Notes: generated by a model not told the origin, from the sequence alone. Positions 25,909 to 35,767 are shown, counted from the stretch's first letter. The stretch: 64,000 bases of DNA from Burkholderiales bacterium (GCA_023383795.1 JAHDYJ010000007.1:9363-73362), one strand, 5' to 3'. A program made the numbers and translations.

Positions 25909-26997
25909 TCAGCGCGCCGGCACGCCGATCGCCACCGGCCGGATCGGCGAGCCCGCGCTGCCGCGCTCGCGCAGCGGCAGGATCATCGTGCACGAGGTCC
26001 ACACCTTGTCGCGTGCGAGCTCGCCGAGGTTCGCGCTCTCGATGTGATGGATGCCCGCCTCGGTGAGCAGGTGATGGTGCACCGCGAACGGCGTGCCGGG
26101 CGGCGTGCCGGCCGGGGGGCCGGCCTTGCCCTGCAGCTGCCCCTCGTTCACCGGGTCGACGAACGGCGTGTCGAGCCCGACCGCGACGACGCGCTTCTCG
26201 GCCAGGTATCTCGCCGCGTCGTACGAAAGCCCGGGCGCCTTGGTGTAGTAGACCTTCTCGGTATCGGGGTCGCGCCAGGCGTCGCCCCACCCGGTGTACA
26301 CGTACAGCACGTCGCCGGGCAGGATGCCGCGCCACTCGAGCCCCTGCGCCTTCAGCATCGCCTCGATGTCCTTCGCGGTGACGAGCGCGCCGGCTGCCAG
26401 GGCGCGGCCCTTGCCGAGGCGGCTCTTGGCGTCGAGCAGCACCGCGCTGGTGACGAGCGGCGGCGCCTTTTCCATGCCGAGCCGGTGCAGGAAGGCGTCC
26501 GGCGTCGGCTTCACGTCCTTCTGGGTGTACCCGCCGTAGTACAGAGCGCCTGCGGCCGGGTTCGGGCTCTTTCCGTCCCACGGCTGCTTCAGGTACGCGA
26601 AATGCCCGAGCGCGTCGATCTGCGTACCCTGCGCCTGCGGCTCGCCGGTGACGGTCTCGGTGTTGAACGCGTGCACGGTCCCCGGAAGCACCGCGGTCGG
26701 ATTGAACTTGTACGCGTACGGCCCGCTGAACGGCGACATCGGCATCGTGTTCGAGCGGACGTGCGAGAGCTCGTACGCCCTCGCGTTCGGCTGCGCGAGG
26801 AAATGCGCGCAGCGCATGAAGGTGCCGGCCCCGATCGCGTTCGCCATGCCGCGCTCGTCGCCGGCCGGCCACGGCGGGGCCGGCACCAGCGTCTTCGAGC
26901 GATCGACGGCGTCGCGCTCGGCAGCCTCCATCATCGCGTTCGTCGCGCAGCCGCCCGCGAGCGCCGCGCACACGCCGACGGTCATCAGTCGCATCAT
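25909..26997 (-). CDS. Cyclase-family (kynurenine-formamidase-fold) protein, predicted lipoprotein
   Basis: Last 362 aa of track ORF 25909..27177, starting MMRLMTVGVCAALAGGCAT (lipobox LAGGC) at 26997 with GGAGAGGA upstream. Family block GTQIDALGHF. Confidence 0.7.
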   Translation of the reverse strand: MMRLMTVGVCAALAGGCATNAMMEAAERDAVDRSKTLVPAPPWPAGDERGMANAIGAGTFMRCAHFLAQPNARAYELSHVRSNTMPMSPFSGPYAYKFNPTAVLPGTVHAFNTETVTGEPQAQGTQIDALGHFAYLKQPWDGKSPNPAAGALYYGGYTQKDVKPTPDAFLHRLGMEKAPPLVTSAVLLDAKSRLGKGRALAAGALVTAKDIEAMLKAQGLEWRGILPGDVLYVYTGWGDAWRDPDTEKVYYTKAPGLSYDAARYLAEKRVVAVGLDTPFVDPVNEGQLQGKAGPPAGTPPGTPFAVHHHLLTEAGIHHIESANLGELARDKVWTSCTMILPLRERGSAGSPIRPVAIGVPAR

Positions 26998-27188
26998 CGT
27001 CCTCTCCCCCTCCAGAGTGGTCTTCGCGGGAAAGAATACTCCTCCGGACCGACGGCCCCGTGCCGTCGCGACGACCGGCGCATTGCATTGCACCATGGCT
27101 ACGCCGGCCGCGGCGTCGCGCGTGGCCGGAGCGCGCGCCGAGGGATGCAGTAAACTCGGCCACCTCGAAGGAGGCACGCGAGGCGAAC

Positions 27189-29519
27189 ATGAACAAGTTC
27201 GGAATCGGTCAACCGGTGCGCCGCGTCGAGGACCCGCGCTTCCTCACCGGACGCGGCAGGTACGTGGACGACATCAACCTGCCGCACCAGGCGTACGCGG
27301 CGCTCGTGATCTCGCCGCACGCGCACGCGCGCGTGAATGGCGTCGACGCGTCGAAGGCGCTCGCGGCGCCGGGCGTGCTCTGCGTGCTGACCGGCGCCGA
27401 CGTCGTCGCCGAGAAGCTCGGCGGCCTGCCGCCGCAGTTCATGCCCGAGGACATGGGCGGCCCCAAGGGCTACCGCACGTTCCGGCCGATCCTCGCGACC
27501 GAAAAGGTGCGCTTCGTCGGCGACCGCGTCGCGATCGTCGTCGCCGAGACCGCGGCGCAGGCGCGCGACGCGGTCGAGCTGGTCGAGGTCGACTACGCGC
27601 CGCTCGCGGCCGTGGCGAACGCCGAGGACGCGCTCGCGGACGGCGCACCGAGGGTGTGGGACGATGCGCCGGGCAACCTCGCCTTCCCGCTCGCGCTCGG
27701 CAACAAGGACGCGACCGACGCGGCGTTCGCACGGGCGAAGCACGTAGTGAAGCTGCGCCTCGAGAACAACCGCCTCTCGGCGAACGCGCTCGAGCCGCGC
27801 GGCGCGATCGGCGACTACAGCGCCGCCGACGACGCCTACACGCTCTACACCAGCACGCAGAATCCGCACGGCGTGCGCACCGTGATCTCCCAGGCCGTGT
27901 TCCGCATGCCGGAGACCAAGCTCCGCGTGATCGCGCACGACGTCGGCGGCGGGTTCGGCATGAAGGGCGACACCTACCCCGAGGAGGCGCTGGTGCTGTG
28001 GGCGTCGCGCCGCGTCGGCCGGCCGGTGAAGTGGGCGCCGACGCGCTCCGAGAGCCTGCAGAACGACGACCACGGCCGCGACCAGGTCGTCTACGGCGAG
28101 ATGGCGCTCGACGGCGACGGCAGGATCCTCGCGATCCGCTCCACCGCGGTGCACGGCATGGGTGCGTGCGTCACCGGTGCGGCAGTCGTCCCGGTGCTCT
28201 ACGGGCTGAAGCTGGTGCCGAACGCGTACGCGATTCCGGCCGTCCACGTCTCGGCGAAGGCGGTGTTCACCAACACCACGCCGACCGCGCCGTACCGCGG
28301 CGCCGGGCGCCCGGAGGGCGTCTACCTCGCCGAGCGGCTGATCGACCAGGCGGCGATCGACCTCGGCATCGATCCGGTCGAGATCCGGCGCCGCAACCTC
28401 ATCGCGCCGGACGCGATGCCGTTCGCCTCGCCGACCGGCTTCACCTACGACAGCGGCGAGTTCGCGCAGGCGATGGACAAGTGCCTCGCGCTCGCCGACT
28501 GGAAGGGGTTCGACGCGCGCCGCAAGGCCTCCGAGGCCAAGGGCCGCCGCCGCGGGCGCGCCCTCACCTACTACATCGAGGACTGCGGCGTGTTCAACGA
28601 GCGCATGGAGCTCAGGTTCGATCCGAGCGGCAACGTGACGATCGTCGCCGGCACGTTCTCGCACGGCCAGGGCCACGCGACCGCCTACGCGCAGATGGTG
28701 TCCGACTGGCTCGGCGTGCCGTTCGAGAGCATCCGCCTGGTGCAGGGCGACACGAACCAGGTCTCGTTCGGCCGCGGCACCTACGCCTCGCGCAGCGTCA
28801 TGCTCGGCGGCGGCGCGCTGCGCGCGGCCGCCGACGCGATCATCGAGAAGGCAAGGCCGCTCGCCGCGCACCTGATGGAGGCCGCCGCCGGCGACGTCGA
28901 GTTCAGGGAGGGCAAGTTCGGCATCAAGGGCACCGACCGCGCGATGCCGCTCACCGAGGTCGCGCGCGCGTTCTACCGGCCGGTGGGCCTGCCGAGGCAG
29001 TTCGGCATCGGTCTGGAAGCGAGCGGCTCGGCCGCGACCGAGCCGCCGAACTTCCCGAACGGCTGCCACGTCTGCGAGGTCGAGGTCGATCCCGAGACCG
29101 GGCAGGTCGCGATCGACCGCTACACGGTCGTCGACGACGTCGGCATCGCGATCAACCCGCTGATCTGCGAGGGCCAGGTGCAGGGCGGCCTCGCGCAGGG
29201 CATCGGCCAGGCGCTCGTCGAGCACGTGATCTACGACCGCGAGTCCGGGCAGCTCGTGACCGGGTCGTTCGGCGACTACGCCATGCCACGCGCCGACGAC
29301 CTTCCCGGCACGGAGATGGACTTCCACAACGTGCCGTGCAGGACCAACCCGCTCGGCGTGAAGAGCATCGGCGAGGCCGGCTCGGTCGGCGCGCCGCCGA
29401 CGGTGATCAACGCGGTCCTCGACGCGCTGCGCCCGCTCGGCGTGAAGCACATCGACATGCCGGCGACGCCGCGCCGGGTGTGGGAGGCGATCCGCGCGGC
29501 GGGCGCGAGCGGCGCATGA
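27189..29519 (+). CDS. Xanthine-dehydrogenase-family molybdopterin-binding large subunit (CoxL form-II-like)
   Basis: Last 776 aa of track ORF 27060..29519, starting MNKFGIGQPVRRVEDPRFLTGRGRYVDD. Shows GGGFGMK and the loop APYRGAGRPEG. Confidence 0.88.
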   Translation: MNKFGIGQPVRRVEDPRFLTGRGRYVDDINLPHQAYAALVISPHAHARVNGVDASKALAAPGVLCVLTGADVVAEKLGGLPPQFMPEDMGGPKGYRTFRPILATEKVRFVGDRVAIVVAETAAQARDAVELVEVDYAPLAAVANAEDALADGAPRVWDDAPGNLAFPLALGNKDATDAAFARAKHVVKLRLENNRLSANALEPRGAIGDYSAADDAYTLYTSTQNPHGVRTVISQAVFRMPETKLRVIAHDVGGGFGMKGDTYPEEALVLWASRRVGRPVKWAPTRSESLQNDDHGRDQVVYGEMALDGDGRILAIRSTAVHGMGACVTGAAVVPVLYGLKLVPNAYAIPAVHVSAKAVFTNTTPTAPYRGAGRPEGVYLAERLIDQAAIDLGIDPVEIRRRNLIAPDAMPFASPTGFTYDSGEFAQAMDKCLALADWKGFDARRKASEAKGRRRGRALTYYIEDCGVFNERMELRFDPSGNVTIVAGTFSHGQGHATAYAQMVSDWLGVPFESIRLVQGDTNQVSFGRGTYASRSVMLGGGALRAAADAIIEKARPLAAHLMEAAAGDVEFREGKFGIKGTDRAMPLTEVARAFYRPVGLPRQFGIGLEASGSAATEPPNFPNGCHVCEVEVDPETGQVAIDRYTVVDDVGIAINPLICEGQVQGGLAQGIGQALVEHVIYDRESGQLVTGSFGDYAMPRADDLPGTEMDFHNVPCRTNPLGVKSIGEAGSVGAPPTVINAVLDALRPLGVKHIDMPATPRRVWEAIRAAGASGA

Positions 29520-30691
29520 AGCGCAGCACCGACCGCATCCTGACCACGCACGTCGGCAGCCTGCCGCGGCCGGCCGATCTGCTCGAGATGACGCTCGCCC
29601 GCGACCGCGGCGAGCCGTACGACGCGCAGGCGTACCCCGCCCGGTTGCGGTCGGCGGTGGCCGAGGTCGTGCGGGCGCAGGCCCGTGCCGGCATCGACGT
29701 CGTCGACGACGGGGAGTTCGGCAAGCCGGGCTTTATCCACTACGTCAATCAGCGGCTGACCGGCTTTGCCCCGGCGAGCGGCGCACCGCCGCAGAGCCCG
29801 TTCGCGGACTCGCGCGAGTACCGGGCGTTCCCGGAGTACTACGCGGCGGAGGCCCGCGCGCATCCGAGTCCCGCGGCCAAGGCGCCGCACATGGAGTGCG
29901 TGGGGCCGATCACCTACTGCGGCCACGAGGCGCTCGCCACCGACATCGCCAATCTCGAGGCCGCGCTCGCCGAAGTCGAGGTCGAGGAAGCCTTCATGCC
30001 GGCGGTCTCGCCGTCGAACGTCGAGGAGTGGCAGCGGAACCGCTACTACAAGACCGACGAGGAGTTCGTGTTCGCCGTCGCCGAGGCGATGCGCGAGGAG
30101 TACAAGGCGATCGTCGAGGCGGGCATCGTGCTGCAGATCGACGATCCGCGCCTGGTGACCTATTACAACGTCACGCCGGAGGCGAGCGTCGCCGACTGCC
30201 GCAGGTGGGCCGAGACGCGGGTCGAGGCGCTGAACCACGCGCTCGCCGGCCTGCCGCGCGAGCGCATCCGCTTCCACACCTGCTACGGCATCAACATCGG
30301 CCCGCGGGTGCACGACATGGACGTGAAGGACATGATCGACATGATCCTGCGCGTGAACGCCGGCGCCTACTCGTTCGAGGCCGCCAACCCGCGCCACGAG
30401 CACGAGTGGAAGGTGTGGAAGGACGCGAAGCGTCCCGCCGGCACCGTGCTGATCCCGGGCGTGATCACGCACTCGAACGTGATGGTCGAGCACCCCGAGA
30501 CGGTCGCCGATCGGATCGAGCGCTTCGCCGCCGCGGTCGGTCGCGAGAACGTGATCGCCGGCGCCGACTGCGGCTTCGGCACCTTCGCCGGCTCCGAGGA
30601 GATCCAGGAGCGGATCGTGTGGGCGAAGCTCGCGGCGCTCGCCGAGGGCGCGCGCCTCGCCACGCGACGGCTCTGGGGCCGCGGCGGATGA
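29516..30691 (+). CDS. Cobalamin-independent methionine synthase II family protein (MetE-like catalytic domain)
   Basis: ATG 29516 overlaps the upstream TGA (ATGA). MKRSTDRILTTHVGSLPRP.., FHTCYG, GADCGFG. Last 391 aa of track ORF 26648..30691. Confidence 0.8.
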   Translation: MKRSTDRILTTHVGSLPRPADLLEMTLARDRGEPYDAQAYPARLRSAVAEVVRAQARAGIDVVDDGEFGKPGFIHYVNQRLTGFAPASGAPPQSPFADSREYRAFPEYYAAEARAHPSPAAKAPHMECVGPITYCGHEALATDIANLEAALAEVEVEEAFMPAVSPSNVEEWQRNRYYKTDEEFVFAVAEAMREEYKAIVEAGIVLQIDDPRLVTYYNVTPEASVADCRRWAETRVEALNHALAGLPRERIRFHTCYGINIGPRVHDMDVKDMIDMILRVNAGAYSFEAANPRHEHEWKVWKDAKRPAGTVLIPGVITHSNVMVEHPETVADRIERFAAAVGRENVIAGADCGFGTFAGSEEIQERIVWAKLAALAEGARLATRRLWGRGG

Positions 30692-30809
30692 GGTCGTCCC
30701 CGCGTACGCGGCGGATCCGGTCCGCCGCCGCGCGACGGCACCTGGATCCAGATTGCGGGAACGACGTCCTGCTTCGAGCGTCGCGGCAGCGTCGCGCCCC
30801 GGCGGCGCC

Positions 30810-31952
30810 TCAGGCGCTCCCCCATACCGACTGCGCCACCTCGACGACGAGCTCGAGCTTGCGGCGCTCGTCGTCGATCGTCACCGGGTTGCCGAGGTAG
30901 TTGCTCGAGAAGCCGCACTGCGGCGAGAGGCACAGGCGCTCGAGCGGAACGTACCGCGCGGCCTCGGCGACGCGCGCCGCGAGCGCGTCGGCCGACTCGA
31001 GCTCCGGGGTCTTGGTCGACACCAGGCCGAGCACGACGATCTTGTCCTGCGGCATGAAGCGCAGCGGCGCGAAGCCGCCCGCGCGCGGGCTGTCGTACTC
31101 GAGGAAGAACGCGTCCACGTTGATCCCGTTGAACACGCGCTCGGCGATCGGGTCGTAGCCGCCCTCGGCCATCCAGTGGCCCTGGTAGTTGCCGCGGCAG
31201 GTGTGCATCGCGAGCGTCATGCCCGCCGGCCGATTCGCGGCGATCCTGTTGATCGTGCGTATGTAGTCATCGAGCATCGCGTCCGGCTCGTCGCCGCGCG
31301 CGCGGAACTTCGCGCGCTGGCGCTCGTCGCACAGGCACGAGGTCATCACCTCGTCGAGCTGGACGTAGGTGCAGCCGGCCTCGCCGAGCGCCCGGAGCTC
31401 CGCGATGTACGCGTCGGCAAGGTCGTCCCAAAAGGCGGCAAGGTCGGGGTACGCGGTCTTGCTGATCGTCTCGCGGCTCGCGAAGCCGTAGAGCGTCTGC
31501 GGCGCCGGCATGGTGACTTTCGGCGTTCCCTTCGTCACGACCGACTTCAAGAAGCGGAACGGCCCGACGTTCACGCTCCGGCGCCAGCGGATCGGGCCGG
31601 TGACGTCGATGCGCGGCGCGGGCACGGTGTGCCCTTTCTCGTCGCGGAAGCGCTCGGCGCCCCGGTACGAGCCCGCGACGCCCTCGAGCGAGAGCAGGAA
31701 CTCGCTCCACCAGATGCGCCGGCGGAACTCGCCGTCGGTGATCGAGCGAAGCCCCGCGTCCTCCTGCAGCTTCACCACCTCGCGGATGCACTCGTCCTCG
31801 AGCGCGCGGAGCTCCGCGTTCTCGTGCGGGCCGAAGTTGTGGTCGAGGTCGTGCGGCCCGAGCAGGCGCTCGCGCGCCTGCATCAGTCTCTCCGGGCGCC
31901 GCAGGCTGCCGACGTGGTCGGCGCGGAACGGCGGCGTCGTGCGTGCATTCAT
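30810..31952 (-). CDS. MetE-catalytic-domain-only protein, paralogue of 4920..6023
   Basis: Track ORF, 380 aa. PPFRADHVGSLRRP, TDGEFRR, MHTCRGN, LSPQCGFSS. GAGAGGAGA before the ATG. Confidence 0.8.
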   Translation of the reverse strand: MNARTTPPFRADHVGSLRRPERLMQARERLLGPHDLDHNFGPHENAELRALEDECIREVVKLQEDAGLRSITDGEFRRRIWWSEFLLSLEGVAGSYRGAERFRDEKGHTVPAPRIDVTGPIRWRRSVNVGPFRFLKSVVTKGTPKVTMPAPQTLYGFASRETISKTAYPDLAAFWDDLADAYIAELRALGEAGCTYVQLDEVMTSCLCDERQRAKFRARGDEPDAMLDDYIRTINRIAANRPAGMTLAMHTCRGNYQGHWMAEGGYDPIAERVFNGINVDAFFLEYDSPRAGGFAPLRFMPQDKIVVLGLVSTKTPELESADALAARVAEAARYVPLERLCLSPQCGFSSNYLGNPVTIDDERRKLELVVEVAQSVWGSA

Positions 31953-31976
31953 GGCTATCTCCTCTCGTGGTCCGGG

Positions 31977-32987
31977 CTAGCGATGCTTCCTCGCCGCCGC
32001 GACCAGCGCATCGTAGTCGGCCTTGAGCTGCAGGTCCTTCGCCAGGATCGGCGGCAGCACCGAGGTCGTCTGCTCGATGTAGCGCGCGGCCTGGGCCGGC
32101 GCGAGCGTGATCGTCTCGCCGCCGTTCTTCTCCCACGCGCCCTGGATGCGCTTCAGGTCCTCGACGCCGCGCGTGGCGAAGAGGTCCTCGGCCTTGCGCG
32201 CCTCGTCGCGGACGATCGCCTCGAGCTCCGGCCCGAGCGATTTCATGAACTTGCGGTTGACGAGCCCTGCGGCCACCAGGAACGAGCCGGGCAGCTGCGT
32301 GAGGCCCTTGGCGACGTCATAGTACTTGAAGGCGACGTAGATCACGAAGCCCGCGATCAGGCCGTCGATCGCGCGATTCTGCATCGCCGGCAGCACCTCG
32401 CCGAGCGGCATCGAGACGGGCGAGGCGCCGAGCTGCTTGAACGGCTCGACCTGCAGGGGCGCGGCGCCCGGCACGCGGATCTTCTGTCCCTTGAAGTCGG
32501 CGAGCGAGCGGATCGGCTTGTGCGAGAGCAGCATCAGCGGGCCGTTCACGAACGTGAAGAGCGGCTCGACGCCCTTCGCCTCGCCGAACGTCGCGAGGCG
32601 CCGCTTGATCTCCGGGTCGGTCAGCACCTTCTGCGCGTGCGCCACGCTGTCGAACAGGCCGGGCGCGTCGAACACCTGGAAGCGCGGCTCCAGCCCGATC
32701 ATGAAGCCGACCGCCGGCGCGGTGAGCTCGATCGTGCCGAGCGCGACGCCCTCGACGGTGCGCGGGATCGGCCCGAGCTGGCTCGCCGGATAGATCTCGA
32801 CCTTGATCCGCCCGCCGGCGCGCGCCTCCACCCCGGCCTTGAACGCCTTCATCCACTCGACGGTGACGTCGTTGTTGGTCGGCGTCGAGAGCTTCATCGT
32901 GAACTGCTGCGCCTGCGCGCCGGCGGCGAGCGCACCGAGCGCGAGCGCCGCCGCCAGGCGGGCCAGATTCCGCATCGATCTCCTCAT
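31977..32987 (-). CDS. TRAP transporter substrate-binding protein (DctP type)
   Basis: Track ORF, 336 aa. Signal peptide ..LAAALALGALAAGAQAQ; AAGAGGAGG before the ATG. Overall DctP-like sequence (..KVEIYPASQLG..). Confidence 0.82.
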   Translation of the reverse strand: MRRSMRNLARLAAALALGALAAGAQAQQFTMKLSTPTNNDVTVEWMKAFKAGVEARAGGRIKVEIYPASQLGPIPRTVEGVALGTIELTAPAVGFMIGLEPRFQVFDAPGLFDSVAHAQKVLTDPEIKRRLATFGEAKGVEPLFTFVNGPLMLLSHKPIRSLADFKGQKIRVPGAAPLQVEPFKQLGASPVSMPLGEVLPAMQNRAIDGLIAGFVIYVAFKYYDVAKGLTQLPGSFLVAAGLVNRKFMKSLGPELEAIVRDEARKAEDLFATRGVEDLKRIQGAWEKNGGETITLAPAQAARYIEQTTSVLPPILAKDLQLKADYDALVAAARKHR

Positions 32988-33030
32988 GACGTGGCCTCCT
33001 CTTGGTTGTACATCGGGTCGAGCATCCCGT

Positions 33031-34773
33031 TCAGCCGCCCGCCGCCGGGTCGACCGGCGCGAGCACGACGTGGACGAGCGCGAGCTGCCCGCGCGCGACC
33101 GCCGCGAGCCCGCGCGCGAGCGCGGCGCGCACCTCGCCGGGCGCGGCGACCGTCTCGCCGCGGCCGCCGTAGGCGCGCGCGAGCGCCGGATAGTCGGGGC
33201 GCGGCGCGATCGCGGTCCCGGCGAACCTCCCGGTGCGCACCGCCCACCCGTCGGGGAACTCCTTCGCGACGTCCGACTTCTGCGAGAGATAGCCGGCGTT
33301 GTCGAACAGCACGACGAGGATCGGCAGGGCGTGCTCCTGCGCCGCGCCGAACGAAGCGGGCACCGGGTTGTAGTGGAGCGCGCCGTCGCCGATCGTGGCG
33401 ACCACCGTGCGCCCGGGCGCGGCGGCCTTGACCCCGAGCGCGGTGCCGAGCCCGACGCCGAGGCCGCCGTAGCTCGCCTCGAAGAAGGCGCCCGGCCCGA
33501 GCCGATCGAGGATGCGCACGACGTCGAGCCGGTGGGTGATCGTCTCGTCGACGACGATCGCGTCGGCGGTGAGCAGCTCCCCGAGCTCGTGCACGACCCA
33601 GCGCGTCTCGATCGGCGAGCGTCCGCCCGCGGCGCGCGCCTCTGCGCGCACCGCCGCGCGCCGCGCGTCGTGCCGCTCGCGCCAGCGCTGGGCGATCGCG
33701 GCGCGCGACCCGGAAGCCACGACGGCCTGCACCCGCTCGAGGAGCATCGCGAGCGAGCGCTCGGCGTCGCCGGTCGCTACGAGATCGGCGCGGAAGCCCC
33801 ATGCGGGCAACTGTGGTCCGAGCGGCGCCTCGCCGAGCGCGACGACCCGCGTCCCCGGCGCCGGCAGCGCGGACGGCGGATGCCAGGGCGCCACCGCCTC
33901 GACGAGAAAGACGAGGTCCGCCTCGGCGAGCAGCGCCTCCATCTCCGTCGCCGCCACGCCGCCGTAGAGCGGGTGCGCGCGCGGGAAGTTGACGTAGGTC
34001 GGCTGCCACGCCTCGACCACCGGCGCGCCGAGCGTCTCCGCGAGCGCGACGAGCCGCGCCACCGCGGCGACGCTCCGGCCCGCCTGCTCGGTCACGATCA
34101 CCGGATTCCTCGCTTCGCACAGCGCGCGAGCGAGCTCGTCGAGCGTCGCCGGGTCGGCCGACGGCGCGCGCGGGAGCGCCGCCGCCGGCGGTTCGGCGGT
34201 CATCGGCGCCATCAGGAACTCGACCGGCACCGAGAGGAACGTGGGGCCGCCCGGCGCCGCCACGGCGAGCTGCGCCGCACGCTGGACGGCGTGAGGCAGC
34301 AGCCGGCTCGTGGTCGCGGCGGCGCTCCACTTCACGCACGGCGCGACGAGCCGCGCCGGCCCGCCGACGTCGGCGAGCAGGCGCAGCCACTGGCGGCCCG
34401 GATCCGGGACGTCCGGCGCTTCGCCAAACGCGATCGACTCGCCGGCGAGCACCACCATCGGGATGCGCTCGTGCAGCGCCGCGCGCAGGCCCATCGTCGC
34501 GTGCAGCGCGCCGACCGTTGTGTGGAGCACCACGGCGGGCAGCTTGCCGGTCGCTCTTGCGTAGCCGCTCGCCATGGCGACCGCCGTCATCTCGTGCCGC
34601 ACCGACGTGTACGCGGGCACCTCGTCCGGCCGGTACGGCCTCGCGAGCGCCTCCCAGAGCGGCGCCCAGTCCGAGCCCGGCGAGGCGAAGATGCGCTCGA
34701 CGCCCATCGCGCGCAGCACGCGGAGCAGCGCCTCGGCGCCGGTCGCGCCCGTCACGCGCGTCGTCCCGCTCAT
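33031..34773 (-). CDS. Thiamine-diphosphate-dependent enzyme, acetolactate-synthase-like family (second copy in window)
   Basis: Track ORF, 580 aa. GVERIFASPGSDWAP, VRHEMTAVAMASGYA, ThDP motif IGDGALHYN..VLFDNAGY. Confidence 0.85.
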   Translation of the reverse strand: MSGTTRVTGATGAEALLRVLRAMGVERIFASPGSDWAPLWEALARPYRPDEVPAYTSVRHEMTAVAMASGYARATGKLPAVVLHTTVGALHATMGLRAALHERIPMVVLAGESIAFGEAPDVPDPGRQWLRLLADVGGPARLVAPCVKWSAAATTSRLLPHAVQRAAQLAVAAPGGPTFLSVPVEFLMAPMTAEPPAAALPRAPSADPATLDELARALCEARNPVIVTEQAGRSVAAVARLVALAETLGAPVVEAWQPTYVNFPRAHPLYGGVAATEMEALLAEADLVFLVEAVAPWHPPSALPAPGTRVVALGEAPLGPQLPAWGFRADLVATGDAERSLAMLLERVQAVVASGSRAAIAQRWRERHDARRAAVRAEARAAGGRSPIETRWVVHELGELLTADAIVVDETITHRLDVVRILDRLGPGAFFEASYGGLGVGLGTALGVKAAAPGRTVVATIGDGALHYNPVPASFGAAQEHALPILVVLFDNAGYLSQKSDVAKEFPDGWAVRTGRFAGTAIAPRPDYPALARAYGGRGETVAAPGEVRAALARGLAAVARGQLALVHVVLAPVDPAAGG

Positions 34774-34804
34774 GGCGTCCGGCCGCGGAAGCGGTCGCGC
34801 ATGG

Positions 34805-35767
34805 CTACTCGCCGCGGATCCCGAGCTGGGGCAGGAGCTTCGCGTAGCGCGCGCTCTCGGCCCGCACGTAGCCGGCGAACGCCTCCGGCGTCATCGGCGC
34901 GGCGATCTGCAGGCCGGTCGACTCGAGCTGCTTGCGCAGCGCCGGATCCTTCAGGAGCTGCGTGACCTCGCGGTTCATCCGCTGCACGACTTCGCCCGGC
35001 GTGCCCGCCGGCGCGTAGAACCCGAAATACGGGCCGCCGTCCACGCCGCGCACGCCGGCTTCGGCGAGCGTCGGCACGTCGGGGAAGTCCGGCCGGCGCT
35101 GCTCGGCGCAGACCGCGAGCATCCGCAGCCGCCCGGCCCGCACGTGCTCGAGCGCGATGCCCGGATCGAAGACCGCCTGCACGTGTCCGCCGAGCAGGTC
35201 CTTGATCGCGGGGCCGGCGCCCTTGTAGGGCACGTGCGTGATGTCGGCGCCGGTCTCGAGCTTGAACACCTCGGCCGCGATGTGCAGCGCCGTGCCGGTT
35301 CCGGCCGTGCCGTAGCTCACGCGGCCCGGATTGGCCCGCGTGTAGCTCACGAACTCGGCGACGCTCTTCGCCGGGACCGACGGATGGACCTCCAGGTGCA
35401 TGGTGATCGTGACCGCCGGCGCGATCGGCACCAGCGTCTTCAGCGGATCGAGGTTCGGTCGTTTGCCGACGTGGGGCGCGATCATCACGTTGCTCCCCGG
35501 CGTGAAGAGCAGCGTGTAGCCGTCGGCCGGCAACTGGGCGAGCGCCTGGAACCCGACGTAGCCGTCGCCGCCCGGCCGGTTCTCGACCAGCATCGGCTGC
35601 CCGAGCGCCTCCTGCAGGCGCGTCGCGAGCAGGCGCGCGGTGCGGTCGGCCACGCCCCCCGGTGCGACGTTCACCATCAGCTTGACCGGCTGGGTCGGCC
35701 ACTGCTGCGCGTGCGCCGCGCCGGCGAAGGCCGCGGCGGCCAGCATCACTGCGATCGACTTCGTCAT
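34805..35767 (-). CDS. Bug/TctC-family (tripartite tricarboxylate transporter) substrate-binding protein
   Basis: Last 320 aa of track ORF 34805..37207, starting MTKSIAVMLAAAAFAGAAHAQQWPTQPVKLMV at 35767 with GGAGGGGAGA upstream. ..YKGAGPAIKDLLGGHV.. is typical of Bug proteins. Confidence 0.88.
   Translation of the reverse strand: MTKSIAVMLAAAAFAGAAHAQQWPTQPVKLMVNVAPGGVADRTARLLATRLQEALGQPMLVENRPGGDGYVGFQALAQLPADGYTLLFTPGSNVMIAPHVGKRPNLDPLKTLVPIAPAVTITMHLEVHPSVPAKSVAEFVSYTRANPGRVSYGTAGTGTALHIAAEVFKLETGADITHVPYKGAGPAIKDLLGGHVQAVFDPGIALEHVRAGRLRMLAVCAEQRRPDFPDVPTLAEAGVRGVDGGPYFGFYAPAGTPGEVVQRMNREVTQLLKDPALRKQLESTGLQIAAPMTPEAFAGYVRAESARYAKLLPQLGIRGE

Noticed and set aside
27189-29519. Aerobic carbon-monoxide dehydrogenase (CoxL).
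   Set aside because: The active-site loop is the AYRGAGR form-II type, not VAYRCSFR, and coxM/coxS and accessory cox genes are absent.
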